Positions 11,985-24,800 of a DNA stretch of 64,000 nucleotides are shown in pieces. Position 1 is the first letter of the stretch; the number at the start of each line of letters is the position of its first letter. The translations under genes were made by a program, and so were the position numbers. The stretch spans positions 6,882,001-6,946,000 of the forward strand of contig NC_043015.1 in assembly GCF_006345805.1 (NCBI RefSeq), written 5' to 3'. This DNA is from Octopus sinensis. Lineage: Eukaryota. The notes under the pieces were generated by a model. The model worked only from the letters and a program-made list of their open reading frames with translations. It had not been told where the DNA came from and ran no database searches.

Positions 11985-13215
11985 GAGAGTATGAGTAAAT
12001 TGCATCGACCCCCAGTGCCCAACTGGTACTTATTTTATCAATCCCAGAAAGATGAAAGCCAAAGAGGACCTTGATGGATTTTGAACTCAGAACGGAAAGA
12101 CGGATGAAATCCGGATAGACATTTTACCCGAAGTGCTAACGATTCCGCCAGCTCGCTACCTTAATAATATTCTTTTCTACTGTAGGCACAAGACCCGAAA
12201 TTGGGGGGAGGGGCCAGTCGATTAGATCGACCCCAGCACGCAACTGGTACTCACTTTCTAGACTCCGAAAGGATGAAAGGCAAAGTCGACCTCGGCGGAG
12301 TTTGAACTTAGGGCGTAAAGATAGACGAAATACCTGCTTCTTTATTACCCACAAGGGGCTAAACATGGAGGGTACCAACAAGGACACACAAACGGATTAA
12401 GTCGATTACATAGACCCCAGTACGTAACTAGTTCTTAATTTATCGACCCCGAAAAGATGAAAGGCAAAGTCGACCTCAGCGGAAATTAAACTCAGAACGT
12501 AACGGCAGACGTTGGAGAGAGAAAGCGTGTCAATTACATCCGGTATGCTAATGACTCTACCAACTCACCGCCTTTAATAACCCCTTTCTAGTATAGGTAC
12601 CATGACTGAAATTGGGGGGGGGGCAGGTAGGGCCTAATCAATTACAACAGTCACAAAGCTCAACAGGTACTTATATTCTTTTCTATTCTAGGTACAATGC
12701 CCTAAATTGGGGGGCATGGGGCCAGCTGATTAGATTGACCCCATTATGCAACTGGTACTTAATTTAATCGACCCCGAAAGGATGAAAGACATAGTCGACC
12801 TCGGCGGAATTTGAACGCAGAACGTAAAGACAGGCGAAATACCTATTTCTTTACTACCCACAAGGGGATAAACACAGAAGAGACAAACAAGGACAGACAA
12901 AAGGGTTAAGTCGATCACATCGACCACAGTGCGTAATTGGTACTTAATTTATCGACCCCGAAAGGATGAAAGGCAAAGTCGACCCCGGCGGAATTTGAAC
13001 TCAGAAGTAACGGCAGACGAAATATCGCTAAGCATTTCGCCCGGCGTGCTAACGCTCATGCCAGATCGCCGCCTTACAACGGCCACTTATATTAGCGAAC
13101 CCGAACGGAAGAAAATCAAAGTCCATACCGGCGGAATTTGAAATTAGAATGTAAAGACGGACTGAAATATCGTTAAGGATATTGTACGGCTTGCTAACGA
13201 CTTTGCCACTTTGCA
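11985..13215 (-). mobile_element. cluster of SINE A-core copies, including two chimeric dimers (12166-12572, 12673-13075)
   Basis: The core GACCCCGAAAGGATGAAAGGCAAAGTCGACCTCGGCGG repeats. Junctions GAAATACC|T lie at 12334 and 12843, and two different tails are present. Confidence 0.85.
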
Positions 13216-13482
13216 GGATTTTCTCAACTTCTTGTAAAAGTAAAGGTAAGTTGATTCGGATGGAATGTGAACTCGATACGTTATGATCTGGAAGAATAAC
13301 TGCAACGCTTAGCACCCGGGGCAGTAAATCTTCTGCCTCTTCACCGCCATTTTGTTGCAATAGAATCGTGATGCGACTTTTATGCTCAGTTGTGTGTGTA
13401 ATGTCGATATCCTCATACGCATGCAATCGATAGAATGGAAGGATCAATGTTCGGTTTACGAGAAGATGGCCAGTTAGATTAT
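13216..13482 (-). CDS. candidate coding exon, product unknown
   Basis: About 89 stop-free codons of non-repetitive sequence follow a plausible acceptor (TTTCTGCATTTGTCAG|). The peptide ...VLSVAVILPDHNVSSSHSIRINLPLLLQEVEKILQ loosely recalls the start of ANF-receptor-type ligand-binding domains. There is no good donor before the SINE at 13215. Confidence 0.2.
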
Positions 13483-13679
13483 CTGACAAATGCAGAAAGA
13501 ACATACGGATCTAAGAAGTATAATTGCACACAATTTTTTTTTTCTGATGAACGATAAAATAACAATAGATAGGACTATTTTCTAAGATTCAGGTATGAGT
13601 AGATCCACAATACGCACAGACATGTACAAAACACACCCCACATATATCTAGGACTACTACAAAAGCACCCATATAATAT

Positions 13680-14012
13680 ATACACACATACATATATATG
13701 CATATATATATATATATATATAATATATATTATATATCACACAAACATGTGTATGTGTGCATGTAAGTATATTGTATATATACTATATATATATACATAT
13801 AGATATACATATAAACGGTATTATATATATATATATATATATAGAATATATATATATGCATATAGATATGACATATTACACATATGTATAAACATATATA
13901 TATATATATCATATACATATGTATAAACATATATATATATATATACATATACATATGTATAAACATATATATATATATATATATACATATACATATGCAT
14001 ATACACATGTAT

Positions 14013-14051
<39 letters not shown>

Positions 14052-14097
14052 ATATATATATACATATGCATATAGATTACATATACACATATGTATA

Positions 14098-14144
<47 letters not shown>

Positions 14145-14691
14145 TATACTATATATCATATAATACATACATATATATATTTATATACATAAATTTATAC
14201 AAATACATATTATGTACACACCACACAACGGAATATTTTTCTGAGGATGATGGAATGAATCAAGATGGCTTATTTATTTGCTGCATATTTTTTTTTTTTC
14301 ATCACTTGTAATGTAGCTCACGTATCGTTTGTGTCTTTGAGGAAAGTATTCACATCAGCTTAAGTACTATAACAAACATAAGCATCAAGAATGGATAAAG
14401 GATATACAAGACAATAAGTAGAGGATCAAATGACCTTTTAGAACCATCATTCTCATCGTTGGCGCGTTTTATCTCATCGTTTATGTACAGTAAAGACGTC
14501 TCGCGTATATATACATTTACTTATATACATATTATATATATATAATATATATATATACAGAAATATTTATATATAATATCTATATATATGTATGTATATA
14601 GAAATATATATATATATATACTATATATATATATGTATGGTATATTAGAAATATAATATATATATATATCTATATATATGTATGTATATAG

Positions 14692-14742
<51 letters not shown>

Positions 14743-14817
14743 GGAGGCGAAAAAGTGTTTGAGAGAAGGAGATAAATGCGTAACGCCACGCATTCTCTTC
14801 CAAGTAAGTTTTATCTA

Positions 14818-14850
<33 letters not shown>

Positions 14851-14870
14851 TGTATGTATGTATGTAGGTG
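13680..14870. repeat. long degenerate (TA)n/(TACA)n/(TATG)n arrays with local ~35-bp duplications
   Basis: Directly visible. It is the source of the YI-rich ORFs. Confidence 0.9.
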
Positions 14871-15494
14871 CGTATGTATATGAGTGTGTATGATACATAT
14901 TACGGGTCTATGTTTATGGAGCTGCGCAGCCTAGTGGTTAAAACTTTTCAGCTCCTGATCAAGGGATCATAGGATCATTGGGAGCGTGCGTGTTTTGCCC
15001 TTGGGCATAGCGCTATAGCTCACGTTGCTTCAGTTTATTAAGATAGAAAATTTACCGGATTTTCCTTCAATTCTTTCTTACGAAATAAGGAATTTTAGAG
15101 ACGAAAGTATGAAGAAATTTCTCTTATTCTCACTTTGTGTGTTTGAATCTAACTGGTTTTAGGAAATTAAATCCCATAAGAGTTATCTCCCTTAGATCAC
15201 CTCGTGCAACTCTAAGAATAAATTTAGCCCTGTGTATTCATAGTTCTCTTTTACTTGTAATAGTTAGTCCACAGATCACACCAAATATGAAAATATAAAC
15301 TATGCTCTACAGGTATTGTTATGATAAAATTTATAATTGCGCTGTGCTTTTTGCGGAAGAGAAAATCTCTTCCTAGACACGGTGTGTTAAAAAGAAAAGA
15401 ACAATTCTTTTCTTTTTATCGTTGTCGATCTAAATTTCATCGTTATGCGTCACTATTAAAAATAATATTATATTCAATTGAGTAGGCTTTGTAA

Positions 15495-15594
15495 NNNNNN
15501 NNNNNNNNNNNNNNNNNNNNNNNNNNNNNNNNNNNNNNNNNNNNNNNNNNNNNNNNNNNNNNNNNNNNNNNNNNNNNNNNNNNNNNNNNNNNNN
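15495..15594. other. assembly gap (100 N)
   Basis: Run of exactly 100 n. Confidence 1.
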
Positions 15595-16241
15595 TAATTT
15601 TTAAACCATGGTTAATGTTTGTTGTTAGTAAACAGTGTATAAAGTAGGGAGAGAAAACAGGCCTGAAGTGCTGGTAAATATTTGAGTCGCTAGAATAGGA
15701 AAAGTAGTAGGAAGGGAGGCGTGTATTTTTTAATTTTTTTTTTATGATTCTACAAAAGAAATAGAGGAGGAGAAAAAGAAAGATAAGAGGAGGGTAGCCG
15801 AAAACGGATTACGAAATTAAGTCAAGGGAATATGTGAGGGAGATAACTCTTGTTTGCATTATTTAAAGGGTAAACTGCAATTTAAACAGGCTTGCGTTTT
15901 GTAAAAGGATGCTGAGACACTGATAAAAGTTGAATTCATCTTTAACTACATCAAGCAAGAGTTACCTTACTTGTTATTCCTTTAACTCCCTTGATTACGA
16001 CACCCTTCTCTTTCTTCTATGATTACGAATCAAGATTTCCTCTCCTCTATTTATAGGCCCAGGATACTATATTTAAATTGCGACGTCTGTTGACTAAATT
16101 ACTAGCTAAAATTACCGCTAGAAATTGTCAAGGTTAGGAGTTTGCAATGACTGTAATTTGCTGCAAAGATGTTTATACGTATGTGTGTGGGGGGGGTGCG
16201 TGTAAGTCTGTGTACACACACAACACCATACATATGTATAT

Positions 16242-16286
<45 letters not shown>

Positions 16287-16929
16287 GATAAATATATATA
16301 TATAAATATATGTGCACACACAGAGACACACATACACAAACACGCAAGAGTGCGCGAGGTTGGGTGGGGTTGTTACAGAGTTTAAAAGCAGAGATGCATA
16401 GAGCGACACCTTTTAGCTTTTACTTGCGGTCATGCTGGGGCATCAGATTGACGAATTTTTAAACGAGCCACTCGATCCCAGAACTTAATTTTTGAAGCCC
16501 CGAAACTATTTTATCGGTCTTTATTTTTCCCCCTTTTGCTGGACGTAAACACACTAACACCGGTTGTCAAACGTTCGTGGGAGGCAAACTCACACACACA
16601 CACACACACAAAAAAAAACATGTGAACCCGGAACCATATGGCTGGGAAACAAACTTTTTTTCCATTCAGCCCTGATTATTCTTAATATATTAGATTCGCA
16701 TGTTTATGACAGCGATTGATCGTGTGTGTAGGTATGTACGCGTGGTTTCACAAAAAATCCTAAGCATTTGGTTGCCCTCCAACCATGAAAGCTGACAAAA
16801 ATACGAGCAGAAGATGGCAACAGAGACAGGCAGCAGAAGTGGCGCGGAGGAAGGGGTTTCTTCTGCGACAGCCGTTAACATCAACATTATCATCATCAAC
16901 ATCATCATCATCAACACAGCAACAACAAC

Positions 16930-17122
16930 AGCAATAGCAGTTACAGCACTGACAGTAGTAGTAGTAGTGGTGGTGGTGGTGGTAAAAGTAGTAGTAATAG
17001 TAGTAGTAGTAGTAGTAATAGTAGTAGTAGTAGTAGTGGTGGTAGTGGTGGTGGTTGTGGTGGTAGTAGTAGTAGTAGTAGTAGTTGTAGTAGTAGTAGT
17101 AGTGGTGGTAGTGGTGGTGGTT

Positions 17123-17164
<42 letters not shown>

Positions 17165-17215
17165 TAGTAGTGGTAGTAGTAATAGTAGTAGCAGCAGCAG
17201 CAGCAGCAGCAGCTA
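16930..17215. repeat. (AGT/GGT/AGC)n microsatellite
   Basis: Directly visible (poly-V ORF). Confidence 0.95.
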
Positions 17216-17487
17216 CAGAAGCGAGAGCAGCAGTGGAGGCAACAGGCGGATCAGTATCAGTGGCAAGAGGTAATCTGAGATGGAGCGACAGTAGTCAGGA
17301 TGATGGTAACTGAGTTAGAAATAGGAATTGTTATTTAGATATAAGTACGTTTGTAATTACGTTCGTGAATCTTATTTTGCAAGATTCCTGATGAGAAATC
17401 GTGTGTTGAATAAAATATTATTGTATTTCGGGACGGTCATTTCTTTTTTCTCTAAATAAACACACGCACGATATATTCGTACTTTAC

Positions 17488-17527
<40 letters not shown>

Positions 17528-17531
17528 CATC

Positions 17532-17761
17532 GTTGAGTGAGAGAGCAGTACATGCCATCAAGTGACACTGGGGAAAATATACGAAGCCCAGTATAGCCAT
17601 CATGACTACCCGTCTGATAAGGTACACCAGGCACATGCATCACAACCATTTGGTCCGCGACATGGTGATCTCATATCAAGATAAACAGCACATGACCTTA
17701 CAGGTGGGGCCTAGTTAGAATTTTCTTCAGGTCGAGTAGCCCATCCTGCTGAAAAGATCCC
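17532..17761 (-). mobile_element. ~230-bp non-LTR 3'-end-like insert flanked on both sides by (TAA)n
   Basis: Non-repetitive block between (TTA)n 17488-17526 and (TTA)n 17762-17791. There is no ORF, so the family assignment is inference only. Confidence 0.4.
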
Positions 17762-17934
17762 TTATCATTATTATTATTATTATTATTATTTATTCGTCAC
17801 ACAGCTGTGACCTTTTCAGCGACTCTACATCCCACGTGTCTCGTCTTGTTATAGGATGTAGAGTGGCTGAAGCGGTCACTGGGGTGTGAAGAAAGATTTC
17901 AGATAATAGACATAGAATAAGAACAATAATAATT

Positions 17935-18112
17935 CTTTTTACTATTGGCAGAAGTCCTGAAATTTTGGGGAGGGGGCTAGTCGATTACTTCGACTCCAGT
18001 ACGCAACTGGTACTTATTTTTTCAAACGCGAAAGGAAGAAAGGCAAAGTCGACCTCCGCGGAATTGAACACAGAACGTAAAGATGGACGCAATGCCGCAG
18101 AGCAATTTACCC
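17935..18112 (-). mobile_element. SINE with A-core and alternative tail ('tail B')
   Basis: TTTACTATTGGCAGAAGTCCTGAAATTTTGGGGAGGGGGCTAG tail plus the A-type core. Similar copies lie at ~22880-23220, 50560-50790 (+) and 54505-54700. Confidence 0.75.
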
Positions 18113-18959
18113 GGCCAAAGAAGTGAAGAACGAATTTATAGGGCGTGTGTTTATTTGGAAAGATATAATGACCGTCCCGAAATATATAATACGCTGGTGT
18201 ATCTCAGGCAACATGGTTATGGTATAGGATATAGAATAGAAAGACAATAGAATAACGCCGTTAGTACGAAAGGATGACGGGGTTTGACAAGAATAAGAGC
18301 AGAAGATGGCAGCAGAGAGTAGCAGCAGAATTGGCGTCGGAGGAAGGGGTTACCTCTGCGACAGCTGTGAACATCAACACCAGCAGCAGGTTGACAGATA
18401 GAGAGATAGAATATATATATTTAGCGGGTAATCTGCAGATAACCTTGTGAGGGGTTTCAGATCAGAGATCACTCATCAGACGTTCTTTCTTTATAGTAAT
18501 CTTAAGATAGAGAGGCGTGGCCTGGTGGGGCCAGTGAAGATAATGTACTGCTATACCTCAGGCAACATGGTTATAATATACGAGAAGGAGCTGAAAACTT
18601 CTTGGCTTGAAAGGCCTGGCTGGAGGTCATCCGAGTTCTTTTACAGGGGCTTGGAAGACCCGAAGGGTCGTTGCACTAGGTGTGTGAATCTAAGAGGGGA
18701 ATATGTTGAATAATTAATTGTATTTTCTTTAACCCGAACCAGGAACATTACAACAAACTCTCGTAGTCCCGGTCAATGCGACGATCGCACGCTACACACA
18801 TTCCTTCAAGCACTGCTATAAATAACTGAAGTGAGCCAGAATGTTAAAATCTAGTGTCCATGCACAGCAGAATTCAAGGTTAATCTGAGCCAAGCGTCTT
18901 TACTCTGTGTACTTTAGCTTCGTTACTAGGGCAACAGTCCGGATATTTACTGATCGGAC

Positions 18960-19028
<69 letters not shown>

Positions 19029-19829
19029 TGTTTCAAAATTTGGAACAGATACAAAAACAGAAGAAACTTTCGAACAGAGGACATTATTTTGCTAATTCTC
19101 ATCAGTTAGCGTCCAAAAGCTTCTTACATTTTCACACACACACACAAAACACAAACTTGCTAACTGTGTGTCTGTCTGTCTATCTGTGAGTGCGTATGTA
19201 TTTATCCATATGCCTTTCTATTTAATGTTATTACAGGTTTTGAATAATTATCTCCCCTTCTCATTTGGCTTCAATTATTACCAAATAATTAGTCTACCCT
19301 TTCTGGAAGAGGAGATAACTTCTATGAATCCACTACATACATACATACATACATACATACATACATACATACATACATACATACATACATACATACATAC
19401 ATACATACATACATGCACGCATACATGCACGCATGCATACATACATACATACATACATACATATTCCGCGCTAAATGAAGAAACTGTGCTGAGTGTTAAT
19501 ATTAATTACTATAAGCTTAATACTTATAAGCTTCAAGTTTACATAAAGTGTGTGTGTGTGTGTGTGTATGTCTGTATGTGCGTGTGTAATTAATTAATTA
19601 ATTGATTAATAAGGCTTAGTACGTCCAACATATCAGATCTGATAAATTACTGTGGCATATTTTGAAAATTTTAACCATATTCACAGAGGGATGCTAGGTT
19701 GCAGTATATAAAAAAATAAATGTGTGTATGCGTGTGTGCTTGTGTATGTGTGTCAGTGTGTATTTTAGGTGTTTGTATGCGTTTGGGCGTGTGATCGAAT
19801 GTGTGTGGTGTGGTGGGGGAATCCATGGA

Positions 19830-20210
19830 TGGAAGCACTCCATCGTTTACGACGACGAGGGTTCCGGTTGATCCGTATCAACGGAACAGCCTGCTCGTGA
19901 AATTAACGTGTAAGTGACTGAGCACGCCACAGACACGTGCACCCTTAACGTAGTTCTCGGGGATATTCAGCGTGATACAGAGAGTGACAAGGCCGGCCCT
20001 TTGAAATACAGTACAACAGAAACAGGAAGTAAGAGTGAGAGAGAAAGTTGTGGTGAAAGACACAGCAGGGATCACCACCATCCCTGCCGGAGCCTCGTGG
20101 AGCTTTGGGTTTTTCGCTCAATAAATACTCACAACGCCCGGTCTGGGAATCGAAATCGCGATCCTACGACCGCGAGTCCGCTGCCCTAACCACTGGGCCA
20201 TTGCGCCTCC
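19830..20210 (-). mobile_element. SINE family C, full length
   Basis: Sense head GGAGGCGCAATGGCCCAGTGGTTAGGG (A box) ...GGTTTCGATTCC-like B box. It is closely similar to 61101-61482 and has an approximate TSD (GGGG.ATCCAT). Confidence 0.9.
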
Positions 20211-21613
20211 ACTGGGGCATCCATATACGTATGTAATATTTAGGCTATCAGGCAAGAACTTCAACTCGCCGGACAATATGCTTAGCGACATTTCGTTCGT
20301 CTTTACCTTCATGGTCAAATGGCCACGAGGTCGATTTTCCCTTTCATTCTTTCGAGATCAATAAACTAAGTACCAGTTATGTCAAAACTGGAAACCAATA
20401 TTTAGTTGTATTTATCTTTTTGCCAATGGAGAAGGACCCGGTTTCTAACCTAGATATGAGGTTCCTTAATTGGAATTTCAACATTAGCTGCGTAGTTGTG
20501 CATGCTTGTCTATATATGGACAAGTATTTGAATCATTACAAATCCCGATCTGTATGCATCATTTTATGCATCATTTTATGTATAATAATATATATACTTA
20601 TACATCTATATATATATATACATATTAGTATATCTACGTATGAATATACTATGTATATGTACGTAAGTATAAGAATGTATATGTATACGTATAAGAGCGT
20701 GTGTGTGTATGAATGTATGTATGTATGTATGTATATATATATATATATATATATGTATTTATGTATGTTTTATGCGTGTATATATGTATATATGCATGTA
20801 TGAATGTATGTATGTATGTATATATTTGTATGTTCTATGCACTTATATATTTACATTTATTTGCTGTATGCACGCATACATCTGTATATGTATGTTTATA
20901 TGTATATCTGTATGTATGTTTGTTTGTACGAATATCTGTATATGGATGTACGTATGTATGTATGTATATATGTGTATGTACCTACCAGTTCATCAATCTC
21001 AGATGCTAAACTTGCACATTGACATCAATGAACATTTTGCCATAAAAGACGAGTAATTCACCATAGTGGCCAATTTAATCTTTAAATACAAATATTTATT
21101 TATTAATATTATTTTCTTTATTTACTTTGGATGACACGCTTCAAGCATCTCATATTGCATGTATTTGTATATATTATTTTATGCTATTTGTTATAACGAA
21201 GCTTGTTGGTTTAGATTCTGTATGTATAGATGTGTGTTGTTGTTTTGGTGGTGGTGGTGGTGGTGGTGCTGGTGGTGGCTTCGTCGGCGGTGGAAGGGTC
21301 TTTGAAATTTAGAACATGAATGAAGATGATTTAATTAAATGTCAATGCCAGGGGCATGTGAAAATTCTCACTCGCTTTTTCTCACTCACTCTTCCTCCAG
21401 CATACACTTTCTCTCTTTCTCTCTCTCTATCTATCTCCTATCTCTCTCTCTCTCTCTCTATCTATCTCTCTCGCTCTCTCTATCTTCTCCATCTTTCTTT
21501 CTCCTTCATCGTCTCTCACTGCTATCTCACTATATATAAATATTTATTTTTATGTGTGTAAATTTATGTATGCCGATATGTACATATGTATCTGTGTACG
21601 TAAGCATTTCCAT

Positions 21614-21650
<37 letters not shown>

Positions 21651-21698
21651 CACACAGATACACGCATGCGTACACGCGCATGCACACACACATAGATG

Positions 21699-21747
<49 letters not shown>

Positions 21748-22124
21748 TCAAACGGATGTGCTATAACTCTATTCTACATATACTTACATATGTATGCTTA
21801 TATAGACACACACACATATTTATGCACACACACATGTATATGCATATATATACATACACACACATATATGTATATATATAGAGAGAGAGGGGGAGAGAGA
21901 TACTCGTGTATACGCGTGTATATGTAAGGTGCACGATGGTATATGTATACACCCACAAAAATTGAGCTGTATTCTAAATACAAATCTATGGAACAATCAC
22001 CCATCTTCAAGTGAAAAGAATCAGCTATAAGCCGAAAACATGCTGGATGAGAAGGGAAGGAAAAAAGGAATAATAAAAGCATACCAATGACAGGCCCTTT
22101 ACTCACAACGACACAATATATACC

Positions 22125-22357
22125 TATTTCTTTATTACCCACAAGGGGGCTAAACACAGAGGGGACAAACAAGGACAGACATAGGTATTAAGTCGATTAC
22201 ATCGACCCCAGTGCGTAACTGGTACTTAATTTATCGACCCCGAAAGGATAATAGGCAAAGTCGACCTCAGCGAAATTTGAACTCACAACGTAACGCAGAC
22301 GAAATACCGCTAAGCATTTCGCCCGGCGTGCTAACGTTTCTGCCAGCTCGCCGCCTT
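22125..22357 (-). mobile_element. SINE family A monomer with 8-bp TSD
   Basis: Full head-core-tail. TATATACC occurs at 22117-22124 and 22358-22365. Confidence 0.92.
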
Positions 22358-23374
22358 TATATACCAGGTGCTCCAGAGTGGCTGCGGCACAAGCTATTGG
22401 TTTAAAATTGTAACATAAGGACAGCAATTTCGAGCGAGAGGTAAGTCGATAATATCGATGCTAGTGCTGCTCAATTAGTACTCATTCTATCGACCCCAGA
22501 AGGATGAAAGGTAAAGTCGACTTGCGGCGGAGTTTGAACACAGAACGTAATGACAGATTAAATGCTGCAAGGTGTTTTAATCCGTGTGCTCACGATTCTG
22601 TTACCTCGCCACCTTACTGCGCAAATCATTGGGATAGTAATATTTTGTATGTTGTGGTGGCCAGTTGGCAGAAGCGTTAACGCGCCGGTCTAATTGTTTA
22701 GCAGTATTTCGCTCGTCGCTACGTTTTGAGATCAAATTCCACCAAGGTCGACTTTGTCTTTCTTCCATTCGGAGTCGATAAAATAAGTACTAGTCGAACA
22801 CTTGGGTCGATGTAATCGACTCATCCCCACGAACCTATAAGCTTCCCTTGTAGCAAAAATTTGAAATAAATGTTATTTTGCTTTCTACTCGAGACACAAG
22901 GCCCGGGATTTTGGTGGAGGAGCCAGTTGATTAGATCGACCCGAATAGGCAACTGGTACTTAATTTATCGACACCGAAAGGATGAAAGGCAAACTCAACC
23001 TCCGCGGAACTTAATCTCAGAACGTAAAGACAGACGAAATGCCGCTAAACATTTCGTCCGGCGTGCTAACGTTTCTGCCAGCTCGCCGCTTTGAAACGTA
23101 GAAGGAATCTTTTCCACACTAGGCACAAAACCCGAAAATTTTAAGGAGGGGCTAGTCGATTAGGTCGACACCAGTATGCAACTGGTAATTAATTTATCGA
23201 AATTGAAAGGATGAAAGGCAAAGTCCCCCGCTCAGTTTCCGCCCAACAGATCCACTCGCAAGGCATTGGTCGGGCCGAGGCTATCGCTGCAGACACAAGC
23301 TCAAAGTACCTGCGGGACTGAACCCGGAACCATATGGCTGGTTAGCAAGCTACTTCCCACACAGACCTCTTCCG

Positions 23375-23469
<95 letters not shown>

Positions 23470-23716
23470 AATTTTCGTCCCCGAAATTTAACGTACCAAG
23501 ACTAAACGATTAACTACCGGGGTCGTCGTTTCTTTCGACCAAAATCCCTCGAGGCAACGCCCCAGCATGGCCACAGTCTAATGACTGAAACAAGTAAAAG
23601 AATGAAAGAATGTACGGGTGTGTGCGTGCGTGTGCGTATATCTATGTATGAATGCAATGCATGTGTACATACGTATGTGAACACGTGTGAACGCGCACTT
23701 TTGCAGATGTAGCACA

Positions 23717-24530
23717 ATTAGTAGAAGCAGCAGCAGCAGTAGTAGTAGTGGTATTGGTAGTAGTAGTAGTAGTAGTAGTAGTAGCAGCAGTAATAGTAGT
23801 AGTAGTAGGAGTAGTAGTAGTTGCAGCAGCAGCAGTAGCAGTAATAGTAGTAGTAGTAGCAGCAGCAGCAGTAATAGTAGTAGTAGTAGTAGTAGCAGCA
23901 GCAGTAATAGTAGTAGTAGTAGGAGCAGTAGTAGTTGCAGCAGCAGTAATAGTAGTAGTAGTAGCAGCAGCAGCAGTAATAGTAGTAGTAGTAGTAGTAG
24001 CAGCAGCAGTAATAGTAGTAGTAGTAGGAGTAGTAGTAGTTGCAGCAGCAGCAGCAGCAGCAGTAATAGTAGTAGTAGTAGCAGCAGCAGCAGTAATAGT
24101 AGTAGTAGTAGTAGTAGAGCAGCAGCAGTAATAGTAGTAGTAGTGGGAGTAGTAGTAGTTGCAGCAGCAGCAGCAGCAGTAATAGTAGTAGTAGTAGCAG
24201 CAGCAGCAGTAATAGTAGTAGTAGTAGGAGTAGTAGTAGTTGCAGCAGCAGCAGCAGCAGTAATAGTAGTAGTAGGAGGAGTAGTAGTAGTTGCAGCAGC
24301 AGCAGCAGCAGTAATAGTAGTAGTAGTAGCAGCAGCAGCAGTAATAGTAGTAGTAGTAGGAGTAGTAGTAGTTGCAGCAGCAGCAGCAGCAGTAATAGTA
24401 GTAGTAGTAGTAGCAGCAGCAGCAGTAATAGTAGTAGTAGTAGTAGTAGCAGCAGCAGTAATAGTAGTAGTAGTAGTAGTACTAGCAGCAACAGCATTGC
24501 TGGTGGTGGTGGTTGTGGTTAGCAGCGACA
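23717..24530. repeat. higher-order (AGT)n(AGC)n microsatellite array
   Basis: Recurring blocks AGTAAT(AGT)n(AGC)n and AGGAGTAGTAGTAGTTGC(AGC)n. Confidence 0.95.
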
Positions 24531-24755
24531 GCAGCTCGAGCCGCTGTAGTTAGCAGCACACACGTGTATTACGTGACTGGAATTATATAAGATCTTTTTA
24601 CTTGTAAGAATGTTTGCCGACGTAAGTTTTTCACTCTGTTTAAACTGAATTCCCTCCCTTTGTTCTTTCTTCTCAAATCTTACAGAAGAAATATCGAACA
24701 TGGGAAGAATAAAGAAAAATCGTCATTGAACAAATTAAGTGCGTCATATAGAAAA

Positions 24756-24800
<45 letters not shown>

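Noticed and set aside
13217-13245. 29-nt plus-strand mini-exon (TTTGCAG|...AAAG|GTAAGT)
   Set aside because: The splice signals look good, but the acceptor lies in a SINE remnant and no partner exons were found. It cannot be supported without RNA data.
15178-15850. GAGTTATCTCCCT / AGGGAGATAACTC inverted pair around the N gap
   Set aside because: The match is too short and spans an assembly gap, so element boundaries cannot be established.
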